Shown: piece by piece, positions 42,306-51,290 of the stretch
How the letters are laid out: every line of letters begins with the position of its first letter
Position numbering within the stretch: the stretch's first letter is position 1
Assembly (NCBI GenBank): GCA_021821305.1
Contig: JAKACP010000001.1
Location: 330,453-394,452, forward strand
From: a bacterium
GTDB taxonomy: Bacteria; Patescibacteriota; Minisyncoccia; Moranbacterales; UBA1568
Reading direction: 5' to 3'
Length of the DNA stretch: 64,000 nt
The notes under the pieces: model-generated
Told to the model about the DNA's origin: nothing
Databases searched by the model: none
The model's input: only the letters and a program-made list of their open reading frames with translations
Translations under genes and position numbers: made by a program

Positions 42306-42518
42306 ATGGATCTCGGGAATATCTTGTGGGTCGAATTCGTCGTACTGCTCGCGGGGACGATATACGCGTGGTACAACTGGTACCTCGTGCTCGTCAAGAA
42401 ATGCGATACCTGTTCCATCTCGGTGCACGAGAACCCGTTCACGTCGAAGTGTTTCTGGGGCGCGCTGTTCTTCACGCTCGCACTTCTCATCAATGTCTGG
42501 TCGATCATGGCGGCCTAG
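42306..42518 (+). CDS. Small membrane protein with CxxC
   Basis: Two TMs flanking CDTC...PFTSKCFWG. Confidence 0.65.
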   Translation: MDLGNILWVEFVVLLAGTIYAWYNWYLVLVKKCDTCSISVHENPFTSKCFWGALFFTLALLINVWSIMAA

Positions 42519-42719
42519 TTCCGACACAGGCGACTTCTCTCGAGCCCTCGGCCATTGACCGCGGGGCTTTTTGATTCCGATCGCGGGCGTTCGTAGTCTC
42601 CTGAACAAAGATTATGGAGGGGTGTGAATGGTTGACATTTGTAACATAATATGTTAATATATTCGTGCTGAACGATCAGCTGGGTTCGTTACCAAATCAC
42701 TTTTGCGGAGGTATACATC

Positions 42720-43199
42720 GTGGAGAGAATCATTGGTATTTTCATTCTGGCAAGTTGCTTGTTGCCCGGCTGCGCGGTCGTCGAGATGAGCGGGAAAATG
42801 ACCCGCGCGACAGGGGAGGTCATGACGAACTATGCCAACACCCATACCGGTTTCATCGCCAGAGGGGCGGGGGTCGGCGGCAGGATCAACACGGCCGTCG
42901 GTACGGCCGTCGAGGATGTCGGCAAAAAAGGAGAGAACGGCGACTCGAAAGGAAAGCGGTTCGTCGACGCCAACAAGCAGGTGATGACGGCTGCAGTGGG
43001 CGCCGTCAAAAATGACGAGGATGTGAATGTCCGCGCACAGAAACGATTGAAAGCGCTCGGATATGACATCGGGCCGGTCGATGGCGCAGTGGGACCCAAG
43101 ACCAAGGCGGCTCTCGGCGACTATCAGGAGAAGAACGGCCTGGAAGTCACGCGGACACTCGACAGCGCCACGGTGAAAGCTCTCGAGGCCGGCTCTTGA
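42720..43199 (+). CDS. Lipoprotein with C-terminal peptidoglycan-binding domain (PG_binding_1)
   Basis: LPGC lipobox; AQKRLKALGY...DGAVGPKTKAAL..YQ. Confidence 0.85.
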   Translation: MERIIGIFILASCLLPGCAVVEMSGKMTRATGEVMTNYANTHTGFIARGAGVGGRINTAVGTAVEDVGKKGENGDSKGKRFVDANKQVMTAAVGAVKNDEDVNVRAQKRLKALGYDIGPVDGAVGPKTKAALGDYQEKNGLEVTRTLDSATVKALEAGS

Positions 43200-43325
43200 G
43201 TTTCGGAACCGGGTTCGCAGACACATGGAAGGTTCGGTATTTCATACCCAGCCTTCCTTTTTATTAGTATGCGAAGCGAGCTCGTGGGTAGAAAACGGCA
43301 CGCTTGATTTGAACAAAGGGAAATG

Positions 43326-44930
43326 CTAGCATCGGTTAGGCATCAAGGAAAGGTGGGTGAGCGGCTGAAACCAGCACACTGCTAACGTGCCAGGGGGTAA
43401 AACCCCTCGAGGGTTCGAATCCCTCCCTTTCCGCCAAAATTGGAAGTCTGCATTGGAACCCGAAATGGGGTCGCGCCGAAGGCGCGACACTAATGCATTC
43501 CCCCCAAAAAATTCTGAATCTGAAAGGGTTTTCCACGCTCCGCGTGGCTCAAAAAGTACGGTTCGATCCTTAATTAAAAAGTTCGAACCGACTTTTTTGA
43601 ACAAATGAGTATTTTCCTCATTTGTTCGGTCGTTTGCCAATTCCATATTGTATTTCAAAAACTTTTCGGTAAGTTCGAACCGATTATTCGCTTTTTGTTC
43701 AAAAGCCGATAATTTCTCTTTGAGAAGCTGTTTTGCGGCAACCAGAGCATTTTTAGCATCACGATATTCTTCTAGTGAAAGTGCGCTCTCCAAATACGCC
43801 GTCATCAGCTTCTCAATTTTGATTTCTAAAAGAGAAATATCGGTTTTCAAGTTATCGGCAAAAAGCGTACTCGATTGGATTTCGGATGATTGGTCTTTTC
43901 TGTTTTCTTCAATCATCCAAGAAAGCCAATCGAGGGGCAAAGAAACTTTTTTGATTTCTTCTTGAATTTGAAAAGTGATGAGCTCCTCGCGGACATACTT
44001 CTGCTCACAAGGATTTTTCCGTTTGGTACATCGCAAATAGTTATGACCTTTTTGTTGCTCGGTGGTAATGAAGCAACCACATTCTCCGCAACGGAAAAAT
44101 CCTCTGTACAAATAATCCTTTAGCCCGCGAGATTTCGGTTTTGACTTTCGGCTCATCACTTCTTGAACGGAATCAAAAAGTTTCTTTGTGATAATTGGTT
44201 CATGCTTTCCCTCAAAAATCTCGCCATTGTAAAGCATTAAACCTGTGTAAATAGGATTTTTGAGAAGTTTTTGATAATTCGACACCGCAAGTTCCTTTCC
44301 GCTTTTTCGCTTCAATCCAAGTGCGTTAAATTTGTCGCGGAGTTCTCGCAAAGTGAAAGACCCAGACGAATATGCCTCAAATGTTTTCTTAATTAAGGGT
44401 GCGATATTTTCATCAACAACAATTTTTCCACCCTTGTTTATATATCCCAACGGAGACATTTGAGGCCATATTCCGTCTTTCACTTTGTTTCTCTTTCCAC
44501 GCTTGATATTTTCCGACAAATTATCGACATAATACTTGGATTGCGAAAAAGCGATTGAGAGCATGAACTTGCCTTGCGGTGTCGGATCAAACCAAAAAGT
44601 TGGGAATTTCATTTCAGAAATTACCCCGGTATCAACGAGGTAGATTATTTTTCCTCCATCTACCGAGTTGCGAGCAAGTCTATCAGGATGCCACGCCAAA
44701 ATACCAGTAGCTTCGCCCGCTTCCATTCTCGCTATCATTTCATTAAACACAGGGCGACCTGGTATTTTGGCGGTCTGCTTTTCGACAAAGACATCTACCA
44801 CTTCCAATTGTTCTTTCAACGCGAGTTCCTTTAATTCACTTAACTGGTCGGCAATACTGCGGACTTGTCTGTCTTTGTCGTCCGTAGACTTGCGAGTATA
44901 GATGAAAAACTTTTTGGTTTGATTATTCAT
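43326..44930 (-). CDS. Large serine recombinase (resolvase, recombinase and Zn-ribbon domains)
   Basis: YTRKST, DRLARN, CGECG...C...C, coiled coil; the 3' end reads through the antisense of the tRNA. Confidence 0.93.
   Translation of the reverse strand: MNNQTKKFFIYTRKSTDDKDRQVRSIADQLSELKELALKEQLEVVDVFVEKQTAKIPGRPVFNEMIARMEAGEATGILAWHPDRLARNSVDGGKIIYLVDTGVISEMKFPTFWFDPTPQGKFMLSIAFSQSKYYVDNLSENIKRGKRNKVKDGIWPQMSPLGYINKGGKIVVDENIAPLIKKTFEAYSSGSFTLRELRDKFNALGLKRKSGKELAVSNYQKLLKNPIYTGLMLYNGEIFEGKHEPIITKKLFDSVQEVMSRKSKPKSRGLKDYLYRGFFRCGECGCFITTEQQKGHNYLRCTKRKNPCEQKYVREELITFQIQEEIKKVSLPLDWLSWMIEENRKDQSSEIQSSTLFADNLKTDISLLEIKIEKLMTAYLESALSLEEYRDAKNALVAAKQLLKEKLSAFEQKANNRFELTEKFLKYNMELANDRTNEENTHLFKKVGSNFLIKDRTVLFEPRGAWKTLSDSEFFGGNALVSRLRRDPISGSNADFQFWRKGRDSNPRGVLPPGTLAVCWFQPLTHLSLMPNRC
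43347..43436 (+). tRNA. tRNA-Ser(GCT), integration target
   Basis: Anticodon loop CTGCTAA, long variable arm, ends CCA. Confidence 0.95.
43431..43550. repeat. Inverted repeat arm A (120 bp), partner 44952-45071
   Basis: Reverse-complement match read directly; same peptide EPRGAWK...FQFWR in both frames. Confidence 0.93.
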
Positions 44931-44951
44931 AGAATTGTATTGGCAAACGAC

Positions 44952-45339
44952 GAGCCACGCGGAGCGTGGAAAACCCTTTCAGATTCAGAATTTTTTGGGG
45001 GGAATGCATTAGTGTCGCGCCTTCGGCGCGACCCCATTTCGGGTTCCAATGCAGACTTCCAATTTTGGCGGTGTGTATTAGACAACGTTCGAATGTATTT
45101 TGAGCTAAATCCTGACGATGAGCCCTAATCGCACGCGCGGAGCGCGTGGTGACTTGAAACTGCATTGTACGCTCGGATTGCGTGGTGATGCGAACCAAAG
45201 CGCCTCGGACACGCTCGCGGACTCGCGTGTGCAAAGACCAAAAAATTTCCTTGCATTTTTCTCGCGTCTCCTCCCCCCACCCCTCCGCCGCGAAGCGGAA
45301 AAAGAAATGGAAAGGAAATTTTTGGTTTTGCTTCGCCGT
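44952..45339 (-). repeat. Inverted internal copy of arms B and A (predicted attP)
   Basis: 44952-45071 is the reverse complement of 43431-43550; 45068-45339 approximately the reverse complement of 47478-47750. Confidence 0.9.
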
Positions 45340-45412
45340 AGTCATACCTATATTGTATTTTATCACACCATTGAGTCAAGACACAACATTGATTATACTC
45401 AAACTAACAAAT

Positions 45413-45619
45413 ATGTCTGATTCATCAAAAAAACTTGCCGTGAATATGAAAAAGATTAGGGCTCGTAAGCATATGTCGCAAGGCGACATATGCCGAGAGC
45501 TTGGCGTTGACCGCGCTTACATCAGCACGATTGAATCGGGGAAACAAAACCCTACACTTTTAACGATTGAAAGAATAGCCAAAGCTCTCGGCGTTTCGGT
45601 TGATGAGTTGTTGAAATGA
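45413..45619 (+). CDS. XRE-family HTH regulator (C-protein-like)
   Basis: MSQGDIC...DRAYISTIESGKQNPTL...IAKALGV. Confidence 0.9.
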   Translation: MSDSSKKLAVNMKKIRARKHMSQGDICRELGVDRAYISTIESGKQNPTLLTIERIAKALGVSVDELLK

Positions 45620-45740
45620 TATAGAGCAAGACATTCTCAGAACCCACCGATGCTTTACACAGCGATTGAGAAAGTGAGGTGTGGATAACGAATCGTATGT
45701 GTGCTTGCATTATTATATACGAATATGCTAATATACGCAT

Positions 45741-46040
45741 ATGATAGATTTATGCAAAGAAATCGCCCGCATGGGTAGAGGTATCGGCAATGAAAACCGC
45801 TATCGTATTATTGAAACCCTCATGAAGGGCTCCCAAACAGTTGGTGATATTGCTGGGAAAGTCGGCATGCCACAACCGACCGTTTCTCAAAATCTTCGGG
45901 TTTTGAAAGAAGCGGATCTTGTCGTTGACGAACGACGCGGACAAGAAGTGTATTACACGATTAATGTTATGTATATGACAAAACTGCTCAAGCGTTTGGC
46001 CGATGACGTATCAAAGAGCGGTGGCAAAAAGCCACATTAA
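45741..46040 (+). CDS. ArsR/SmtB-family regulator
   Basis: NRYRII, QPTVSQNLRVLKEADLV, RRGQEVYY. Confidence 0.9.
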   Translation: MIDLCKEIARMGRGIGNENRYRIIETLMKGSQTVGDIAGKVGMPQPTVSQNLRVLKEADLVVDERRGQEVYYTINVMYMTKLLKRLADDVSKSGGKKPH

Positions 46041-46068
46041 CAATTAAACCAATATTAATCACATCACT

Positions 46069-46710
46069 ATGAAAACAATTATTGATTCTCTCAAGTGGCG
46101 CTATGCTACTTACACATTTGACACCAGTAAAGGAATTTCAGAAAAGGATTTGCATACCGTTCTCGAAGCGGGAAATTTAGCGGCTACCGCTTTCGGCTTA
46201 CAACCATTCGAGTTTGTGGTAGTTAAAGATCAGACCATGAAAGAGTCGCTAGTTCCGCACGCGTACGGACAACAGCATCTCGCAAAAAACTCTGCTTTGG
46301 TGGTACTAGCTATTCGTACTGATCTCGATGAAGCCTATATTACCGAGTACATTGAGCGTATCGGGCGTGTCCGTGGCGTTCCCGTGGAGATGCTTGAAGG
46401 TTTCAAGCAATCAATGCTCGGCGCAATGAGTATGAAAGGAGCTGATGGCAGGAATGCGTGGGCGCAAAAGCAAGCATACATTGCACTCGGCACCATGATG
46501 GCAGCTGCTTCAGAATTACGAATAGATAATCACGGTGCGGAAGGCTTTGACCCCGAGAAGTTCGATGAAATGCTCGGCCTTAAAGCAAAGAATCTTCACG
46601 CCACTGTACTTCTTATGCTCGGCTACCGTACTGATACACCAGATGACAAGGAGAAAATGTTCCAAATCAAGGTCCGCAAGGAGTATGACGATATCGTAAG
46701 TGTTATCTAG
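46069..46710 (+). CDS. NAD(P)H nitroreductase (NfsB-like)
   Basis: LKWRYAT, FGLQP, WAQKQAYIALG, EGFD, LGYR. Confidence 0.9.
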   Translation: MKTIIDSLKWRYATYTFDTSKGISEKDLHTVLEAGNLAATAFGLQPFEFVVVKDQTMKESLVPHAYGQQHLAKNSALVVLAIRTDLDEAYITEYIERIGRVRGVPVEMLEGFKQSMLGAMSMKGADGRNAWAQKQAYIALGTMMAAASELRIDNHGAEGFDPEKFDEMLGLKAKNLHATVLLMLGYRTDTPDDKEKMFQIKVRKEYDDIVSVI

Positions 46711-46731
46711 TTACTTACACGAAAACATTCT

Positions 46732-47115
46732 ATGAAAACTTTCTTCAAAACGCTTACGACACAGCAAAAGGTTGGCTATGTGCTCGCTACGCTTCTCTCG
46801 ATTCTTTTGCTTCTACCCGCGACCCTCAAAATCATAAGTTTCCCGATGTTCGTCGAACTCTTTACAGCACACAACATTGGCGAGTTTCTGACCGTTATCG
46901 GCCTTGGCCTCGCAGTTTCGAGTATTCTCTACGCGATACCTCGCACTAAAATGCTCGGCACCCTTCTTTTGTCAGCGTACTTCGGCGGCGCAATCGTCTT
47001 TCACATGACTGCTGACGAGCCGTTTATCATTCAGTCGGTTGTTCTTGTACTGATGTGGCTCTTTGCTTGGCTTCGTGATCCGAATGTATTTCTTCCAAAG
47101 TACTCAGATGAGTAA
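46732..47115 (+). CDS. DoxX-family membrane protein
   Basis: IPRT..LGTLLLSAYFGGAI..H. Confidence 0.85.
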   Translation: MKTFFKTLTTQQKVGYVLATLLSILLLLPATLKIISFPMFVELFTAHNIGEFLTVIGLGLAVSSILYAIPRTKMLGTLLLSAYFGGAIVFHMTADEPFIIQSVVLVLMWLFAWLRDPNVFLPKYSDE

Positions 47116-47477
47116 AGAGGTCTTTTTGAAGTTAAGGGAGCCAACCCCCGTCGTTTTATAATTTTCCTCAAAAACGGCGGGGGTTGTTGTGCGCGCACTG
47201 GGTGGGGCAAGCACATACAGATTTGTTTGTGCCTCAGCACAATCCATATTCCTTTGAATCACCACTAAACTCTCTCGAAGCCACCAAGCGAACACACACA
47301 ACACCGAAGCAGCCAGCGCGAGCGAATGCGAGCGGGCTATGCGAAGGCGGTTGTGTGTGGTTCGCGGACGTTAGAGTTACCACCAAACGCGGATACGGAT
47401 GCGCCTCGGTCGCCGTGAGGGTGGAGAAAAGAGCAATCAAAAGTGATAAACTAATAGTGCTTTTTTCGGAGACTGAA

Positions 47478-47750
47478 ACGGCGAAGCAAAACCAAAAATT
47501 TCCTTTCCATTTCTTTTTCCGCTTCGCGGTGGAGGGGGTGGGGGGAGGAGACGCGAGAAAAATGCAAGGAAATTTTTTGGTCTTTGCACACGCGAGTCCG
47601 CGAGCGTGTCCGAGGCGCTTTGGTTCGCATCACCACGCAATCCGAGCGTACAATGCAGTTTCAAGTCACCACGCGCTCCGCGCGTGCGATTAGGGCTCAT
47701 CGTCAGGATTTAGCTCAAAATACATTCGAACGTTGTCTAATACACACCGC
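47478..47750. repeat. Inverted repeat arm B (about 272 bp), partner 45068-45339
   Basis: Reverse-complement match with one C/T change and one G-run length difference noticed. Confidence 0.9.
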
Positions 47751-48211
47751 AGAAGTGAAAGAGGAGCCATTTTGTATGGCTCCTTTTTTGCTTCTATGAT
47801 GAACGCATTCGGAGTTTATGCCCCGAAGGGGTAAATCCCTCCCTTTCCGCATCAAGCTCATAGTATCGAGGGTGACCCGAGAGCCTCGAATGAGCAACAT
47901 AAAACCAAACCGCCGGTAAATGGCGGTTTTATTCTTTCTGATCTATAGATCTTCTTTACTGTATGATCCCTCTCTTTTGACTGTCACGGACAATCTTACT
48001 TTGGTCCCATAAGCTCGAGAAATTTCATGGGGTCTATCGAGAAACCGCCTATACGAACCGAGAGATGGAGGTGAGGGCCGAGAGAATAGCCCGTATTGCC
48101 GCTCTTGGCTACGGGGTCACCTTTTCCCACGTTGTCGCCCGCTTCTACACCGATTTCGGAAAGATGCATGTACATGGTCATGATACCCAATCCATGATCA
48201 ATGATGACGGT
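47747..48211. repeat. 465-bp direct repeat, copy 1 (partner 60277-60741)
   Basis: Identical by eye; includes a terminator, a tRNA-Ser 3'-end copy and the 3' end of an M23 gene. Confidence 0.92.
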
Positions 48212-48943
48212 ATTGCCGAAGTTTCTCAGGCTTTGGGCAAGGACCACCTTGCCGGAGTTCATGGCATATACCGACGTTCCCTCCGCTGCTCGAAAATCCG
48301 TGCCTTGATGGCTGAGACTTACGGATCCAGTCTGCCTCTTGTAGCCATAAGTATCGGTAACGGTAAGAGATCCATCAAGCGGTAAGCGGAACTCTCCGCT
48401 CCAGAGTCGTTCCGGGCCTATGATGGTGGTGACAGAGTTGAGGATAGCCGCGTCCCGTGACAAAGTGCTGGTAAGCTCGTGCTCCGCTTGGGGAGTATTG
48501 CCGCCAAGTTGCTCCGGGATGTCGAATTCTTCCGTAGCGACAACCCTTTGGCCGATCTCAAACTCCTCTTCGATTTTCCGGCCGTCCTTGAGGGTGAGGA
48601 CGATCGGATACGAACCGGGCTTTTTATGGAAATCGATTCCTACAAGTGCGGCAACCTTACCCTCATCAGCAAACACGGCAAGCGGCTTGCCATCAAGAGC
48701 AAGCGACTCGATGTTCGAGATATCGCTGATGCCGTCCAGGGTAATCCGCGCGGGCTCTCCCTGGATGAGAGCAGTGGGGAAAACGGAAAGCGATACCGGT
48801 TCCACGGCGGAAACAATGCCGGGTTTTTCTGCCTCCATGGCTTGTGATTCGGATTCTGCTTCAGGCTGGTCTTTTAGCTGTGGCAAGGCAAAGTAGAGAG
48901 CGAGGAATAAGGCTGGTAAAGTGAGCCAAAGGAGTGTTCTCAT
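47996..48943 (-). CDS. M23-family metallopeptidase, paralog 1
   Basis: HQGTD, YMHLS, GPHLHL; N-terminal TM. Confidence 0.9.
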   Translation of the reverse strand: MRTLLWLTLPALFLALYFALPQLKDQPEAESESQAMEAEKPGIVSAVEPVSLSVFPTALIQGEPARITLDGISDISNIESLALDGKPLAVFADEGKVAALVGIDFHKKPGSYPIVLTLKDGRKIEEEFEIGQRVVATEEFDIPEQLGGNTPQAEHELTSTLSRDAAILNSVTTIIGPERLWSGEFRLPLDGSLTVTDTYGYKRQTGSVSLSHQGTDFRAAEGTSVYAMNSGKVVLAQSLRNFGNTVIIDHGLGIMTMYMHLSEIGVEAGDNVGKGDPVAKSGNTGYSLGPHLHLSVRIGGFSIDPMKFLELMGPK

Positions 48944-49056
48944 CCCTGGATTGTACACTTCTCTGGTGGAATCGTGAAGACCGGTACTGCTTGGTCATTT
49001 ACATCAGCTTTTCAGTTGATAGCTTCCGGAAATCGTGCTATCGTGTGAGGGCGCTT

Positions 49057-49476
49057 ATGTCCAAAATAAAGAAAACGTCTCTTTTCGTCTTCGTGCTGGC
49101 CGTGATGCTTTCCACCGGAAGCTCGTGCGCTTTCCCCATGCTTCCGGCCCAAGCTTCTTCGGGGGCGATGCAAATGGGTGATCAAAGCGCTTCAGGCGAG
49201 CAGAGTGAAATCATGGATGGATATGATATGGGGTCGATGGCGCATGCGCCTCTTCCCCAAGAGCATGTGAAAACATGTTCGGCGGACTGCGGGCAGACTG
49301 TCGATGACGCGGTTACGACAAAGAAAGACAAAGAACTTTTGGAGCTTCCTGCTCTTGTTTCACAAGGTATTTTCATGCCCCCGTCGCCTCTCGATGGATC
49401 GGATCTCGAGGCTTTTGAGCGGTCAGAAATCCCGCCTTTAGGGGATGCTCTCCTCACCGTTGCCAAAAAAGAATAG
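49057..49476 (+). CDS. Small exported Met/His/Cys-containing protein
   Basis: Signal peptide, MGSMAH...HVKTCSADC; upstream of the copper genes. Confidence 0.55.
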   Translation: MSKIKKTSLFVFVLAVMLSTGSSCAFPMLPAQASSGAMQMGDQSASGEQSEIMDGYDMGSMAHAPLPQEHVKTCSADCGQTVDDAVTTKKDKELLELPALVSQGIFMPPSPLDGSDLEAFERSEIPPLGDALLTVAKKE

Positions 49477-49618
49477 ATTGATCGAAGTGTCAGAAAGCTG
49501 AGACATTTTATCCTTGTGGATAATACTCTCTCCTTCTGGCATTTTTTGTTTCCGTTTCTTCGTGAGAGAAATGGATTTTAGCAGTCGGATCAAATAGTTA
49601 AGTCTTACATACAACCTT

Positions 49619-51259
49619 ATGGACAAGAAGAAAATAATTGTGGCGATCATAGCCATAGTCATCCTCGGCGCTCTCGCCTGGTATGGGTCGGTCGATCGCC
49701 GGATGAGAGTCGGCACCTCTGAAGAGGGGACGGCGAACCTGAACGCTCCGCCATCCGGAGATATACGGCAGGCTGTTCCGTCGGAAATCGTCGATCTCAA
49801 GGACGGTCAATCGATCGACCTTGCCATCACACCCGTCAAGAAAACGATCGCCGGGCGTACGGTGAAGATGCTCGGATACAACGGCTCCATTCCCGGGCCC
49901 ACCCTCCGTGTTCCGGAGGGTTCGGAGATTACCGTCAACCTGAAGAACGGCGGTGATATCGCCACGTCGCTCCATGCCCATGGAGTGCGGATGGAAAACC
50001 CGTTCGATGGGGTGCCGGGCGTGACTCAAAAGGAGATCGCTCCAGGTGAATCGTTCGCCTACAAGCTCAAGTTCACCGATCCGGGTGTCTTCTGGTATCA
50101 CCCCCATGTGAGAACGGATTACGCGGTCGAGTCAGGGCTCTATGCGAACATCATCGTGACGCCGAAGGATAGCGGCTATTTCCCGCCCGCCAACCGCGAG
50201 GTGCCGCTCATACTCGACGATATAGCGCTCGACAAGGACGGGATGCTTCCGTTCGATGCCAAGGTTGCGGATCATACCCTTATGGGGCGCTTCGGCAATG
50301 TCATGCTCGTGAACGGCGAGACGGACTACAAACTCCAAGCGAAACAAGGCGAGGTGGTGCGTCTCTATCTCACCAATGCGGCCAACACGAGACTCTTCAA
50401 CTTCACTCTTCCCGGAGCGAAGATGAAGCTGGTCGGGGCGGATGTGGGACGCTATGAAAAGGAAACCTTCGTGGAGGGCGTGCTTGTTGCTTCCGGCGAG
50501 CGTCGTGTCGTGGATGTTCTCTTTGAAAAGGCCGGCGAGTACGCGATGAAGCACGAGACTCCTGACAAGGAGTATGCTCTCGGAACGGTGTCCGTTTCCG
50601 CTGAAACCATCAGCCTCTCCTATACCGAAGAGTTTTCAGCGTTGCGGACGAACGCGGCCGTCGTCGATGAGTTGGAAAATCTCATGAATACGTATCTTGC
50701 GAAGAGTCCGGACAAGATCCTGAATCTTTCACTCGATATGGATCAGGAGATGCGTCAGGGTATGCCTATGGGAATGCACTCGATGAACTCGATGGGTGGA
50801 GGCGGCATGGCCATGTCGGATGCGGATATGGGCATGGGCGATGACGGAGACGCGTTGGAATGGGAGGACACGATGGCCGGTATGAACGCCCAGTCCACAT
50901 CGGACATGCTGGAATGGAAGCTCGTGGACGGCATGACGGGCAAGGTGAACGCGGATATCGATGACTGGAACTTCCGGACGGGCGACAAGGTCAAGATCCG
51001 TATCTTCAATGATCCGAAATCCCTGCATCCCATGCAGCACCCGATTCACTTCCATGGACAGCGCCTCATGGTGCTCTCGACGAACGGCGTGAAGAATGAC
51101 AACCCGGCATGGGTCGATACGGCGTTGGTAGCCACAGGCGACACGGTCGACATCCTGCTTGACGCCTCCAATCCCGGCACGTGGGTCGCACATTGTCATA
51201 TCCTGGAGCATGCGGAAAGCGGCATGATGCTCTCATACACCGTGGGAAAGACCGACTAA
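49619..51259 (+). CDS. Multicopper oxidase (CueO/CopA-like)
   Basis: HAHG, WYHPH, HPIHFHG, HCHILEHAESGM; Met-rich insert. Confidence 0.94.
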   Translation: MDKKKIIVAIIAIVILGALAWYGSVDRRMRVGTSEEGTANLNAPPSGDIRQAVPSEIVDLKDGQSIDLAITPVKKTIAGRTVKMLGYNGSIPGPTLRVPEGSEITVNLKNGGDIATSLHAHGVRMENPFDGVPGVTQKEIAPGESFAYKLKFTDPGVFWYHPHVRTDYAVESGLYANIIVTPKDSGYFPPANREVPLILDDIALDKDGMLPFDAKVADHTLMGRFGNVMLVNGETDYKLQAKQGEVVRLYLTNAANTRLFNFTLPGAKMKLVGADVGRYEKETFVEGVLVASGERRVVDVLFEKAGEYAMKHETPDKEYALGTVSVSAETISLSYTEEFSALRTNAAVVDELENLMNTYLAKSPDKILNLSLDMDQEMRQGMPMGMHSMNSMGGGGMAMSDADMGMGDDGDALEWEDTMAGMNAQSTSDMLEWKLVDGMTGKVNADIDDWNFRTGDKVKIRIFNDPKSLHPMQHPIHFHGQRLMVLSTNGVKNDNPAWVDTALVATGDTVDILLDASNPGTWVAHCHILEHAESGMMLSYTVGKTD

Positions 51260-51290
51260 GCAAATATTCAAATCGATAACGGAGAATCCT

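Larger units (their letters stand above)
43431..47750. mobile_element. Serine-recombinase integrative element at the tRNA-Ser 3' end (CCGC core at both ends)
   Basis: Sharp drop in GC; CCGC at 43431-43434 and 47747-47750; joining the two ends reproduces the sequence found inverted at 44952-45339. Confidence 0.85.

Noticed and set aside
45182-45412. N-terminal extension of the XRE ORF and similar ORFs in arm B (47184-47799)
   Set aside because: They lie in the repeat arm; the HTH begins at ATG 45413 and the extensions lack protein-like features.
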